Source: Chloroflexota bacterium
Lineage (GTDB): Bacteria > Chloroflexota > UBA11872 > VXNJ01
NCBI GenBank assembly: GCA_965208775.1
Contig: OZ242360.1
Location: forward strand, 126,085 to 190,084
DNA length: 64,000 nt
Direction: 5' to 3'
Shown here: positions 28,148 through 37,468 of the stretch, piece after piece
Numbering within the stretch: the stretch's first letter is position 1
How the letters are laid out: every line of letters starts with the position of its first letter
Made by a program: the position numbers and the translations under genes
The notes under the pieces: model-generated
Told to the model about the DNA's origin: nothing
Seen by the model: only the letters and a program-made list of their open reading frames with translations
The model's database searches: none

Positions 28148-28972
28148 CCCTCATCCCTGAACGCTAGCTACTTCGGTGAACTGGCTGGAGACGAGGAGCC
28201 CGCTCGACTTCAGGATATTGGAACAGTCGATGACCACCTTCTTGGCCGAATTCTGAAAGCTCTAGGGTACAGATACGTGCACGTTTCGTCGGGATACTTC
28301 TCGACCAAGACAAACCAAAACGCCGACCTTGTCGTTGACTTTGCGCCATCCGGAACCCTTCTCTCTGGGGCCGAAGCCCCGAAGGCGCTTGAAGAGACGA
28401 CACGCTTGTCAAGCAAGTTTGCAAACACTTTCCTGCGAACAACCGCAGCCCAGCCGTTCGTGTCCAAGGATTTCGACGTTGAGCCTGACGGCATTTACGG
28501 CTGGGGCAACCCATTCCGGACCCTGGCCTGGATCGAGTTCATGAAAGAAGCCGCGGCTGTCGATGGGCCAAAGTTCATATTCGCCCACCTTCTAAAACCG
28601 CATTCCCCTTACTCCTTCGATAGATTTGGAGCCATCAGCACGGATTTAGCCGGCTGGAGCGACGATCACGATCCCACGGTAAACAGCGCATTTTACGGTC
28701 AGCTCATATGGCTCAACGGTCAATTGCTCGAAGTTATCGACGCTGTACTCGACGACTACGACGAACCGCCGATTATCGTCGTCGCGGCAGACCATGGGCG
28801 CAAAGGTCCTTTCCGCAACGAGATCCTGGCGGCGTTCCTGCTTCCCGACGGCGGCGAGAGCGCCGTGTATCCCTCAATTACCTCAGTCAACCATTTCAGG
28901 GCAATCCTGGATTACTACTTCGAACTGGACCTCGGTCTGCTGGAGGACAAGGTCTATAGTCACCCGGGTTGA
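26702..28972 (+). CDS. LtaS-like paralog 2 (TTG start), a mosaic of paralogs 1 and 3.
   Basis: Residues 1–~483 are ~95% identical to paralog 1, and the C-terminal catalytic domain is closer to paralog 3. The DHG motif reads VVAADHGRKG rather than IAGDHGHE. Confidence 0.7.
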   Translation: MLRSRLRLIPAVLVLVSIGLLASLLPQTSFVSRSSGGVVDLTDPIWPDQTVEQVLDNADIVSEVRIWARARFDRGEAPVVASLLRGQDEQPVRQVKVSIRASKQLDAYVLVFPPYRPGPGEELTLQLWVSTERGAERKLDYNVMFGTSEPGTGASVTIHRQPTEYGPLAHEFVWKGTGWQAALEGSTPDLVRLVGALAAAALAVAVTILSHPLVFRPLRNTARRMRLGFVSLAGRVRAVLRLPQGHRVAQASSVRTSTARRAIYVFPWLIPAFAILHYLSSNLFLFRVSESIAVFVVTMVAVTVTFTVLRLIFKTAAVAAALTGLLGIAFFSYGHIYVALGDHADDRYLLGLGVPTVLGLGALLTRHPGLTRKLGLTLNLGSVLLVLLPIYQIATDFYAGSRPQDVDPFDGFPGLEERLAEARDRLSRDQLRDIYYVILDEYPRSGSPPEFDNSEFVQQLENRGFYVAPQARSNYTRTYQSIPSSLNASYFGELAGDEEPARLQDIGTVDDHLLGRILKALGYRYVHVSSGYFSTKTNQNADLVVDFAPSGTLLSGAEAPKALEETTRLSSKFANTFLRTTAAQPFVSKDFDVEPDGIYGWGNPFRTLAWIEFMKEAAAVDGPKFIFAHLLKPHSPYSFDRFGAISTDLAGWSDDHDPTVNSAFYGQLIWLNGQLLEVIDAVLDDYDEPPIIVVAADHGRKGPFRNEILAAFLLPDGGESAVYPSITSVNHFRAILDYYFELDLGLLEDKVYSHPG

Positions 28973-29079
28973 GCCACATGTTTAGTGCTTGCAACACGAC
29001 TGTATTAGGCTAGTACGCACTGGACATCGGCCTCGGTTCCTTGAATCGGTTGGCATGAACCGCGCGCTAGCACTCACAC

Positions 29080-31350
29080 TTGTCTAAATTTCGCCGCCCG
29101 CTGATCTCCGCCGTTCTCGTATTGGTCAGTGTCGGGCTGTTCGCAAGCCTGCTGCCTCAAACAAGCTTCGTCTCGCGGTCTTCCGGTGAAGTTGTCGACG
29201 CCATAGGTCCTGTTTGGCCCGACCAATCAGTCGAGCAAGTCCTGGATGGCGTCGACATCGTTTCAGAGGTCCGCATCTGGACCCGCGCCCGCTTTGACCG
29301 CGGCGAGGCGCCGGTCGTCGCCTCGTTGCTGCGCGGGCAGGATGAACAGCCTGTGCGTCAGGTCAGATTTCCAATCAGGCCGAACAAGCTCCTAGAGCCG
29401 AACGTTCTCGTCTTTCCGCCGTACCGACCTGCCCCCGGCGAAGAACTCACGTTGCAACTCTGGGTTTCAACGGAGCGCAGAGCAGAGCGGGAGCTGGACT
29501 ATTACGTGATGTTCGGGACCAGCGAGCGGGAATCCGGCGCGTCTCTTACGCTCAATAGTGAGCCGACTGACTACGGCCCTCTCGCTTACGAAGTGATTTG
29601 GAGAGGAACAGGTTGGCAAGCCGCTCTCGAGGGATCGACGCCGGACCTCGCGCGCCTTGCGGGAGGGCTGGCGGCCGCAGCGCTGGCAATCGCGATAACG
29701 GTACTGTCGCATCCTTTGGTCTCCCGAACTCTGCGCAATACCACGCGGAAGATGCGAATCGCGTTTACGTCCCTGGCCAGCCGGGTGCAGACGGCAATGC
29801 GCCTATCGCAGGACCGCCGAGCGTCTCGACCATCAGCCGCACGGCGTGCCTTCTACGTCTTTCCGTGGCTATTCCCCGCTTTCGCGATATTGCACTATCT
29901 CTCCAGCAACCTGGTCCTGTTCGGGCTGTCCGAGTCCATCGTGGTCTTCGTGATCACCATGGCGGCCGTCACGGTCACCTTCGTGGGATTGCGGATCATC
30001 TTCAAAACAGCCGCCGTGGCGGCGGCGCTTACGGGTCTGCTCGGAATCGCGTTCTTCTCATACGGTCATATTTACGTAGCCTTGGGCGACCACGCCGACG
30101 ACAGGTACCTTCTTGGATTGGGCATACCGACCGTGCTCGGTCTTGGAGCCCTGATAGCACGACGACCGGAAGCAGTCCGCACGACCATCCCGATTCTCAA
30201 TGTGGCAAGCGTTGTCCTACTCGCGGCGTCGGTGTATCAGATCGCCTCCCATTACTATGCGGCGAGTTCCCCACAACCCGATCAAGGTTCAGAAGCATCA
30301 GTCCCGCTTGAAGAAATCGTCACCGACGCGAAGACGCGAGTCCCCTCAAGCGAACTCCGGGACATCTATTACATCGTCCTGGACGAATATCCCAGAAGCG
30401 GTTCCCCGGAGCAATTTGACAACGCGGAGTTCATACAAGAACTCGAAAGCCGCGGCTTCTATGTCGCCTCCCAGGCACGCAGCAACTATCCAGAGTCGTT
30501 TATGTCCATACCCTCTTCCTTGAATATGGACTACGTAGGCGAGGACACCATACGGGGACCAGGGGAGACTGGCCGCCTCGTCGAAATGGCCGACGACCAC
30601 GCGCTGGGCCGCATTCTGAAAGCGCTGGGCTACCGGTATCTCCACGTTTCGTCAGGATGGTTTTTCACCAAGACAAGCCGCAACGCCGATGAGATCGTGG
30701 CATTCGCGCCTTCGGGCCGCATCCGTTCCGGGCCCGAAACCGCCCAGCCGCTTTCGTTCGACGAGGCCGCCCGCTTGTCAAACAGATTTACGACTACCTT
30801 CTTGCGAACGACCGCCATCAGGCCATTCCTGTCGCATGAATTCAGCGTTGAGCATGACGATCCCTATGACTCGACCCACCCGTTTCACACGCTCGCATGG
30901 CTCGAATTCATGAAAGAGATCGCGAGCATCGATGGACCGAAGTTTGTGTTTGCGCATTTAATGAGGCCGCACGATCCGTATTCGTTCGACAAGTCAGGGA
31001 ACATCACATTCGACCAGATCGGCTGGCGTGATGATCACGATCCCACGGTTGGCGGCGCGTTCTACGGTCAAGTCATCTGGCTCAACGGCCAGATGCTGGA
31101 GGTCATCGACGCCGTACTGGACGATTACGACGAACCGCCGATAATCGTGATCGCGGGAGACCACGGGCACGAACGGCATAATCCCACCATCGCTAATGAC
31201 ATACTCGCGGCGTTCCTGCTTCCCGACGGCGGCGAGAGCGCCGTGTATCCGTCAATTACCTCGGTCAACCACTTCAGGGCAATACTGGACTACTATTTCG
31301 GACTCGATCTAGGACTGCTTGAGGACAGGGTCTACAGCCCCGGTAGTTGA
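29080..31350 (+). CDS. LtaS-like paralog 3 (TTG start).
   Basis: The 756-aa ORF has the same architecture. It shares near-identical tracts with paralog 2 (e.g. GEAPVVASLLRGQDEQPVRQV) and the conserved C-terminal 50 residues. Confidence 0.7.
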   Translation: MSKFRRPLISAVLVLVSVGLFASLLPQTSFVSRSSGEVVDAIGPVWPDQSVEQVLDGVDIVSEVRIWTRARFDRGEAPVVASLLRGQDEQPVRQVRFPIRPNKLLEPNVLVFPPYRPAPGEELTLQLWVSTERRAERELDYYVMFGTSERESGASLTLNSEPTDYGPLAYEVIWRGTGWQAALEGSTPDLARLAGGLAAAALAIAITVLSHPLVSRTLRNTTRKMRIAFTSLASRVQTAMRLSQDRRASRPSAARRAFYVFPWLFPAFAILHYLSSNLVLFGLSESIVVFVITMAAVTVTFVGLRIIFKTAAVAAALTGLLGIAFFSYGHIYVALGDHADDRYLLGLGIPTVLGLGALIARRPEAVRTTIPILNVASVVLLAASVYQIASHYYAASSPQPDQGSEASVPLEEIVTDAKTRVPSSELRDIYYIVLDEYPRSGSPEQFDNAEFIQELESRGFYVASQARSNYPESFMSIPSSLNMDYVGEDTIRGPGETGRLVEMADDHALGRILKALGYRYLHVSSGWFFTKTSRNADEIVAFAPSGRIRSGPETAQPLSFDEAARLSNRFTTTFLRTTAIRPFLSHEFSVEHDDPYDSTHPFHTLAWLEFMKEIASIDGPKFVFAHLMRPHDPYSFDKSGNITFDQIGWRDDHDPTVGGAFYGQVIWLNGQMLEVIDAVLDDYDEPPIIVIAGDHGHERHNPTIANDILAAFLLPDGGESAVYPSITSVNHFRAILDYYFGLDLGLLEDRVYSPGS

Positions 31351-31523
31351 GGTCTCATGTGTTGCCCCGAGGCGCGTTCCACGGTGTGCAGTCCCGATTC
31401 GACACGCAGTCCAGTGATCTGACGATCGCACAACCAAACTGGACTAAGAAGCGTTCGGATGTCTACGCGATGCGGGCGCCGCCGGACTCGACTGCCCATT
31501 CAGCCTTCATACGTATCAGCCGC

Positions 31524-33272
31524 CTAACCGCCCACGTCCTCATGGACCTGATAAGAGACCTCGCCGGAGTCTGAGACTGTGATTCTGAGCACGGGAATGA
31601 TGGCGGCATCGCGCCATTGGTTCGGCTTGTCTTCGTGCCGCAGACGTACCGCCAGTACGTAGCTATCCGCGTCCAGCACCCCTTCGGACCGTTCAAGTGG
31701 TTTGAAAACGCCGTGCTCTCTTTGGACGGCCAAGCTGGGAGCGTGGAAGTCAAACTCGTGAATGAGAGAGGTCGTACCCTTGCCGGGATTCAGATAGCTA
31801 ACAAACCACATTGCGATGGCAGTAGGGCCGTTTGGCAGGACCTGCTTTGATGGGTTCCAAGGCAGAGGATCGGTGGCGATCAATACCCAGTCCTGGCTTG
31901 ACCACCGATCGGGAGCGCCGTCGTCGAAGGTTGCGGTGAAAGCGATGCGTCCTTCCGTATCGCTTACGTCGGAGATGCGGACGCTGAACCGCAGCGGTTC
32001 CGCCGACGGAGGCGGGGGCATGATTGGATCGACAGCTCCGTTGAGCGCGTAGACGGCGGCTTGCTCGTTCCACCAGATAGGCTCACGCGCCGCCGGAGGA
32101 AGCGCCCAAGGCAGGAAGGCCGCCGGTGTGATCATCAGGTCGGGTGTCTCTTCGCCGACCGGCCCAATCTGCCAAGTCGAACGCAAGTGCACTGTATTCG
32201 GGTCAATACTGCCCAGCAGCCGGGTATGGGAGAGGGTCCATGCAGTCTGGTAGAGGAGAATGGATTCGAAACCCTTCGGGATCAACACCGTTGCCGACGC
32301 CGCAACAGTCTGTCGTAGGTTTTCGAACGAACCGGCTGTTGGGGGCACGTCGAGGGTGAGAAGCGCAGGTAAGACTCGGTACAAGCGCTCGGACTCGTCG
32401 CGGACCAGGAGCTCGAACAGGCGAGGATCGTCCAGCCGCGCCGCGGCGTCTTCGGGCAGGCCCTCAACCCAATCATCAGGCGCGTGAAGGTATTCGAAAC
32501 CTATCCGCCGGATAGCCGCTACCTCCAGGAAATTGAGGACGTCCTTATACATAGGTCCTTCTCGCGGGTGCACGTGAACGAGTCCGGCAAGTCCCGATGC
32601 GTTCGGACGGCCCGTGGCGTAGGTAATTTCATGCGGGTAGGGCGAGAACACACGTGCATCGACCGCGGTGTTGTTGCGAATGAAATCTTCGATGCGGTCG
32701 GGCAATCCCCGGAGCTTGTGACGCCTAGCCAACCACTTGCCGTCGACCTGCGAAGCCGGTCCGGCGTTGGCCACCTCGATCCCTCTCCCTATCGCCCGTC
32801 TGAGGTTGGTGACCGGCGCCGAGATCGTAGGCCAAACTACCAAGCCCACGAGCAGAGCACCGGCGGCATAGCGGCAGCGGGACCCCAGCTTGGCCATTTG
32901 GCTGCTTAGGGCAATTAATAGCGCGAGCAGCGCCAGGTTGCGGGCATGACCAGCCAGGCGTCCCAAGTCGTGCGGAGCGGGGTCGTAACGCAGCACCAAC
33001 GCGGCGACAATCAGCATCAACGCACCCACGGTCAGCGCCAGCACGAACACCCAGCCAGCGATTGCGCCCGCCATTCCTGGCAGTACGAACATGACCAGGT
33101 TGACGACGACGCCCCAGATAGCCGGTCCGACGATCAGACCTTGCGCCAGCGCGACCCGGCGATCGGTCTCTCGCAGCGCCACCAAGACAATGACGTAACC
33201 AACGCCGACGAGCGCGACGAGCTCAGCCAGCAGGAAGAGCAGGCCGGGGACGACCGACGGATCGACTGTCAT
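31524..33272 (-). CDS. Short (582-aa) paralog of the 930-aa GT-C-like membrane protein, lacking the central ~350-aa polytopic region.
   Basis: The N-terminal ~80 aa and C-terminal ~450 aa align closely with the 33285..36077 product, while residues ~80–440 of that product have no counterpart here. Confidence 0.55.
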   Translation of the reverse strand: MTVDPSVVPGLLFLLAELVALVGVGYVIVLVALRETDRRVALAQGLIVGPAIWGVVVNLVMFVLPGMAGAIAGWVFVLALTVGALMLIVAALVLRYDPAPHDLGRLAGHARNLALLALLIALSSQMAKLGSRCRYAAGALLVGLVVWPTISAPVTNLRRAIGRGIEVANAGPASQVDGKWLARRHKLRGLPDRIEDFIRNNTAVDARVFSPYPHEITYATGRPNASGLAGLVHVHPREGPMYKDVLNFLEVAAIRRIGFEYLHAPDDWVEGLPEDAAARLDDPRLFELLVRDESERLYRVLPALLTLDVPPTAGSFENLRQTVAASATVLIPKGFESILLYQTAWTLSHTRLLGSIDPNTVHLRSTWQIGPVGEETPDLMITPAAFLPWALPPAAREPIWWNEQAAVYALNGAVDPIMPPPPSAEPLRFSVRISDVSDTEGRIAFTATFDDGAPDRWSSQDWVLIATDPLPWNPSKQVLPNGPTAIAMWFVSYLNPGKGTTSLIHEFDFHAPSLAVQREHGVFKPLERSEGVLDADSYVLAVRLRHEDKPNQWRDAAIIPVLRITVSDSGEVSYQVHEDVGG

Positions 33273-33284
33273 CGATCCGATCTC

Positions 33285-36077
33285 CTAGCTGCCGAGTACA
33301 TCCTCATGGACCTCATAGGAGATGTTGCCGGTGTCCGAGACTGTGATCCTGAGCACGGGAATGATGGCGGCATCGCGCCACTGGTTCGGCTTGTATTCGT
33401 GCCGCAAACGCACGGCAAGCAAGTAGTCGCCGGGGGCCAGCTCTCCTTCGGACCGTTGCAGCGGCTCCATCACGCCGCCTCCTCTTCGGACCGCCAGGAA
33501 AGGCTCGCGGGGGTCGAACTCATAGGCGAAAGAGCTGACGTCCTGTCCGGGATTCAAATAGCTGTCAAACCACGTTGCGATGGCAGCGCTGCCGTTGCCG
33601 AAGACCTGTTTCGGGAGGTTCCAGGGCGGAGACTGAATTTCGACGATCACCCAGTCCTGACCCGTCCATTGGTCAGGCGCGCGGTCGTCGAAGGTTGCGG
33701 TGAACGCGATACGTCCATCCGCCTCCGATACCTCCGATACCCGGACGCCAAATGGCAGCGGTTCTGCCCAAGGCGGTGGAGGCCTGATCGGATCGACTGC
33801 CTCGTCGAGCGCATAAACGGCGGTCTCGTCGTTCCACCAAATCGGCTGGCGCGAGGCGGCGGGAAACATCCAGGGCGAGAATTGAGCCGGGGTGATGATG
33901 AGGTCGGGCACCTGGTCGCCAACCGGCTCAGCCCGCCACGGGGTTAGCAAATGCAGTCTCGTGGGATTTATGAAGCCGAGCAGGCGGGTATGCGACAAAG
34001 CGCGAGCCGTGCGGATCCAAGTCCTCGCCGTATAGCGGCTGCCGCTCGCCTCGAATTCCCCCGGCAGCAATACCACTGTGGACGCGGGCACGGCTTGTCG
34101 CAACGCCTCGTAAGAGCCGGGCGCGGGCGGCGCATCGAGGCGCAGGAACGCGGGCAACACACGGTACAGGCTCTCGGACTCGTCGCGGATCAAGAGTTCG
34201 AACAATCGAGGATTACGAAGCCGCTGGACCGCTTCATCCGGCAGGCTGTCGACCCAATCCTCTGAGGCGTGAACGTAGTCGATGCCAAGCCGGCGAGTTG
34301 CGGCCGGCTCCAGATAGCCGAGGACATCCCGATATTCGGGGCCCTCGGCTGCAAGACCATGGACAAGTCCAACAAACCCCGACGCGCTGGGACGGCCCGT
34401 GGCGTAGGTCAATTGACGTGGGTGGGGCGAGAAGATGCGGGCGTCGACGTCGGTGTTCTTACGGATGTAAGCCGCGATTCGCTTCGACGGGAAGGATTCA
34501 AGCACAAACCGCCGGCTGGAAAGCTCGCCGGAGTCCTCGTGCATCGGCTGCGCATTCGCGACTTGCACGCCATTCCCCAGGGCATGGGCCAAGTTGCGGA
34601 TTGGGTGGATGGTGGTCGGCCAGACGATCAGGAGCACGATCGCGGCTCCGGCGGCGTAGCGCAAGGGCGCGTGCCGCAGATCAGGGAGGCGGGTGCTGAG
34701 AGCGATCAGGAGCGCAAACAGGGCGAAGACGCGCGCATGACCTTCAATACGTTGGATGTCCCACGGTCGAGGCTCATAGGTCAGCAGCAGCCAAGCTAAC
34801 AACAGGATGCCGGTTACGGCCAGCAGCGCCTGCACCAGGCGGTCGCGCCAAGCCAGCAGCGCGGCAACCCCGGCAACGACCAGCGGGCCAATGCTCAAGA
34901 TACCGACGCCGCCCGGCAGCCGATCAAACGTGCCGAGCAGCCGCCAGCCTTTGAAATACTCGTTGATGCCGAACAAGAAGGTAGACGCCGCGGAGCCGCC
35001 CAGGATATGAGAAGAGAATCCCCCGGCCAATAGCAGGAAGGCGGCAAAGACAAGGCCCGAGGCAGACCTGGCTGCATCGCTCCATCGAGCTGTACCAGCG
35101 CGTCTGGTTCGAACCAGGAAGGTGGCTTCCAGACCAGCCCACACCACGAGCACGATGGGAACGAGCGAAGTCGAAAGAAGGCCCAGGAACCCGACAAGCC
35201 CGGCAAGCATCATCACCGAAAGCCACGAGCGTCGTCGGGTCGAAGCGGCATGGGTGAGCACGACCAGCGCCAGAGCATACGACAGCGTGAACGCGGGCTT
35301 GTGGACGTTTTGCAGTGCTCCGACCGGCGCGTCGTGGAGCAACTCTGACCAGGGCCAGAAGATGTCCATTAGCGAGGAACGCAGCCCGGCAGCGGGAATC
35401 CCAGCCGGGAGAACAACCGTGAGAAGGCTGCCCGCCGTGAGCAAAAGAGGAGCAGCTATCAGCGCAATTGGTCCGGAGGCGCGCCGCATCAGCATAGTAA
35501 CGACGACGAGGAAGAGGCTAACCCAGGCATAGGCGCCCAGCAGCTCCTCGACGAAGGCCATATCCGGGCCGGACGGCGGGGCGAGCAGCCCCCTCACCAG
35601 GTTGGCGCCGTAGTGGTATGAAGCGGGCATCCCCGGACTCCACGGGAATTCGGGCGGAAACACGCCTGACCGAATTGAAGCGGCCAGTCCAATGTGAACG
35701 GGTGCGTCGGATAATCCGACCAATTGCCGGCTGGCGAGCGCGGCCCAGAAGAGCGCGACTGCCGTCAGACTGAACACCGCCGCCGTGCGGAGTTGCGGTC
35801 GAAGCGGATTCGGGGAGCGCCAGACCAGCACGGCTGCCAGCGCCAGCACGAATACCCAGCCCGCAATCGCTCCCGGCATCCCCGGCAGCACGTACATCGC
35901 CAGGTTGACGACGACGCCCCAGATCGCAAGTCCGACCACCAGCCCCTGCGCCAGCGCGACCCGGCGGTCGGTCTCCCGCAGCGTCACCAGGACAATGACG
36001 TAGCCAACGCCGGTGAGCGCGACGAGCTCGGCCAGCAGGAAGAGCAGGCCGGGGATTACGGATGGATCGCCTGTCAT
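33285..36077 (-). CDS. Large polytopic membrane protein with a C-terminal extracytoplasmic domain (GT-C-fold glycosyltransferase-like; family uncertain).
   Basis: The 930-aa ORF has more than 12 predicted TM helices, an FPPEFPWSPGMPASYHYG loop motif and a ~400-aa soluble C-terminal domain. It is paralogous to 40333..43101. Confidence 0.55.
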   Translation of the reverse strand: MTGDPSVIPGLLFLLAELVALTGVGYVIVLVTLRETDRRVALAQGLVVGLAIWGVVVNLAMYVLPGMPGAIAGWVFVLALAAVLVWRSPNPLRPQLRTAAVFSLTAVALFWAALASRQLVGLSDAPVHIGLAASIRSGVFPPEFPWSPGMPASYHYGANLVRGLLAPPSGPDMAFVEELLGAYAWVSLFLVVVTMLMRRASGPIALIAAPLLLTAGSLLTVVLPAGIPAAGLRSSLMDIFWPWSELLHDAPVGALQNVHKPAFTLSYALALVVLTHAASTRRRSWLSVMMLAGLVGFLGLLSTSLVPIVLVVWAGLEATFLVRTRRAGTARWSDAARSASGLVFAAFLLLAGGFSSHILGGSAASTFLFGINEYFKGWRLLGTFDRLPGGVGILSIGPLVVAGVAALLAWRDRLVQALLAVTGILLLAWLLLTYEPRPWDIQRIEGHARVFALFALLIALSTRLPDLRHAPLRYAAGAAIVLLIVWPTTIHPIRNLAHALGNGVQVANAQPMHEDSGELSSRRFVLESFPSKRIAAYIRKNTDVDARIFSPHPRQLTYATGRPSASGFVGLVHGLAAEGPEYRDVLGYLEPAATRRLGIDYVHASEDWVDSLPDEAVQRLRNPRLFELLIRDESESLYRVLPAFLRLDAPPAPGSYEALRQAVPASTVVLLPGEFEASGSRYTARTWIRTARALSHTRLLGFINPTRLHLLTPWRAEPVGDQVPDLIITPAQFSPWMFPAASRQPIWWNDETAVYALDEAVDPIRPPPPWAEPLPFGVRVSEVSEADGRIAFTATFDDRAPDQWTGQDWVIVEIQSPPWNLPKQVFGNGSAAIATWFDSYLNPGQDVSSFAYEFDPREPFLAVRRGGGVMEPLQRSEGELAPGDYLLAVRLRHEYKPNQWRDAAIIPVLRITVSDTGNISYEVHEDVLGS

Positions 36078-36330
36078 CGCTACTGCCCTGTCATCGCACG
36101 CAATGCCGTGACCGGGTAGCGATTACAGGCGGAGCCGGGATCAATGTCACCAGAGGTAGTACCGCAACAATGTATGCGAGCGGCGCCCGCCGACGCCACT
36201 CGGAGTCGAAGACGGGTCATACAGCGCGAAGTTTACTTTGCCTTAGTCCACCTCGGCCGCAGGCCACGAGTCCGGCTTGAAGTCCAATCCCGTCTGGCGA
36301 CTTGACAGTTTTCCCGGCAAAGCCAGACCG

Positions 36331-37344
36331 CTATGCGTTCCAGCGCTCGCGTGATTCTGGGCTTCGCCGCAGCCGGCCTGCCACGGTTCCCCAAGCATAG
36401 ATGAGCAACGTCAGCCAGCACGCGGGCGCGTGGAGGATCCAGGCAGGATCGCCCGACCGCCTGTATCCCGTCCACGAGTCTTTCAACAGCGGAACAATCG
36501 TTAGACAGGCGACTACAAAACGCAGCAGTCCGCGTTTGTGCGCCGCGCTCCATTGGTCCGACCGCTTGCCGTACCGGCGGAAATACAGATAGTCGCGGAT
36601 CCGGCGAGTCTGCTTGGCCGCGAACTGACGCAGCCCGTCCGCGTATAGATGGACTATGCCTATTTTGACCTTTGCGAATTCGAAGCTGCCGCTTCGAGCC
36701 AGGCCGTCCGTCACGTCTACGTCGAAGAAGTAATCGCGGTCTCGCCACTGTCCAAGCGCATCCCTCCGCCAGACCGTTCCGTTTGCGCCAATGGTCGGCA
36801 TCAGTCCGGCTTCGAGCTCAACCGTCAAGAAATCACCGCCGTCCACCGTGTTGACCGGCAGCGATGTCCACTTTCCGGTAAGCATATTCAACCGGTCGTA
36901 GTTGCCTATGAAATGGCAAAGCGGATCGTTCACGCCCAGCATCGCGCAATACCGGGTAAAAGCAGGATCGCCGTCTCTCCTGGTGAATTCCCAAGGCTCG
37001 GAACCGACCAGGTCGCGGTTCTCGGCCATCGGCGCGACCATTCTGGCGAGCCAGTCCTGCCGAGGCAGAATGTTGTCGCTATCCACCAGCGCGACGAGAT
37101 CGCCGGATGCGCGGCGGAGGGCGGCCGCCTTTCCCGCCTCTCCGGTTTTCAGAGGATTCTCGATGACCTCAGCCCCGTAGCCCAGAGCCAGTTCCGGTGT
37201 TCCATCGCTCGACCCTCCGTCGGCGACAATGATCTCTACACGCTCTCGGGGATAGTTCTGCGTGACGATTGATTCCAAACACGCCGGCAGTGTTTGGGCA
37301 GAGTTGAGAGTCGGAATCAGCACGCTGACCGTAGGCTGATTCAA
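36331..37344 (-). CDS. GT2-family glycosyltransferase (polyprenyl-phosphate sugar synthase-like; DPM1/CsbB/GtrB type).
   Basis: It has VSVLIPTLNSAQTLPACLESI…DGGSSDGT and a DxD motif (VDSDNIL), plus a hydrophobic C-terminal tail. Confidence 0.75.
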   Translation of the reverse strand: MNQPTVSVLIPTLNSAQTLPACLESIVTQNYPRERVEIIVADGGSSDGTPELALGYGAEVIENPLKTGEAGKAAALRRASGDLVALVDSDNILPRQDWLARMVAPMAENRDLVGSEPWEFTRRDGDPAFTRYCAMLGVNDPLCHFIGNYDRLNMLTGKWTSLPVNTVDGGDFLTVELEAGLMPTIGANGTVWRRDALGQWRDRDYFFDVDVTDGLARSGSFEFAKVKIGIVHLYADGLRQFAAKQTRRIRDYLYFRRYGKRSDQWSAAHKRGLLRFVVACLTIVPLLKDSWTGYRRSGDPAWILHAPACWLTLLIYAWGTVAGRLRRSPESRERWNA

Positions 37345-37468
37345 GATCGCCGCCCGCCCACTACAAGAAATCGGGGTACGCGAGTAGTCCCATAGTCTCC
37401 TGATCGGTGCCTCTACGCCCCACTGTGGGTTATCGATCGCTCAACGACTAAATCGTTCATCGACGCCG

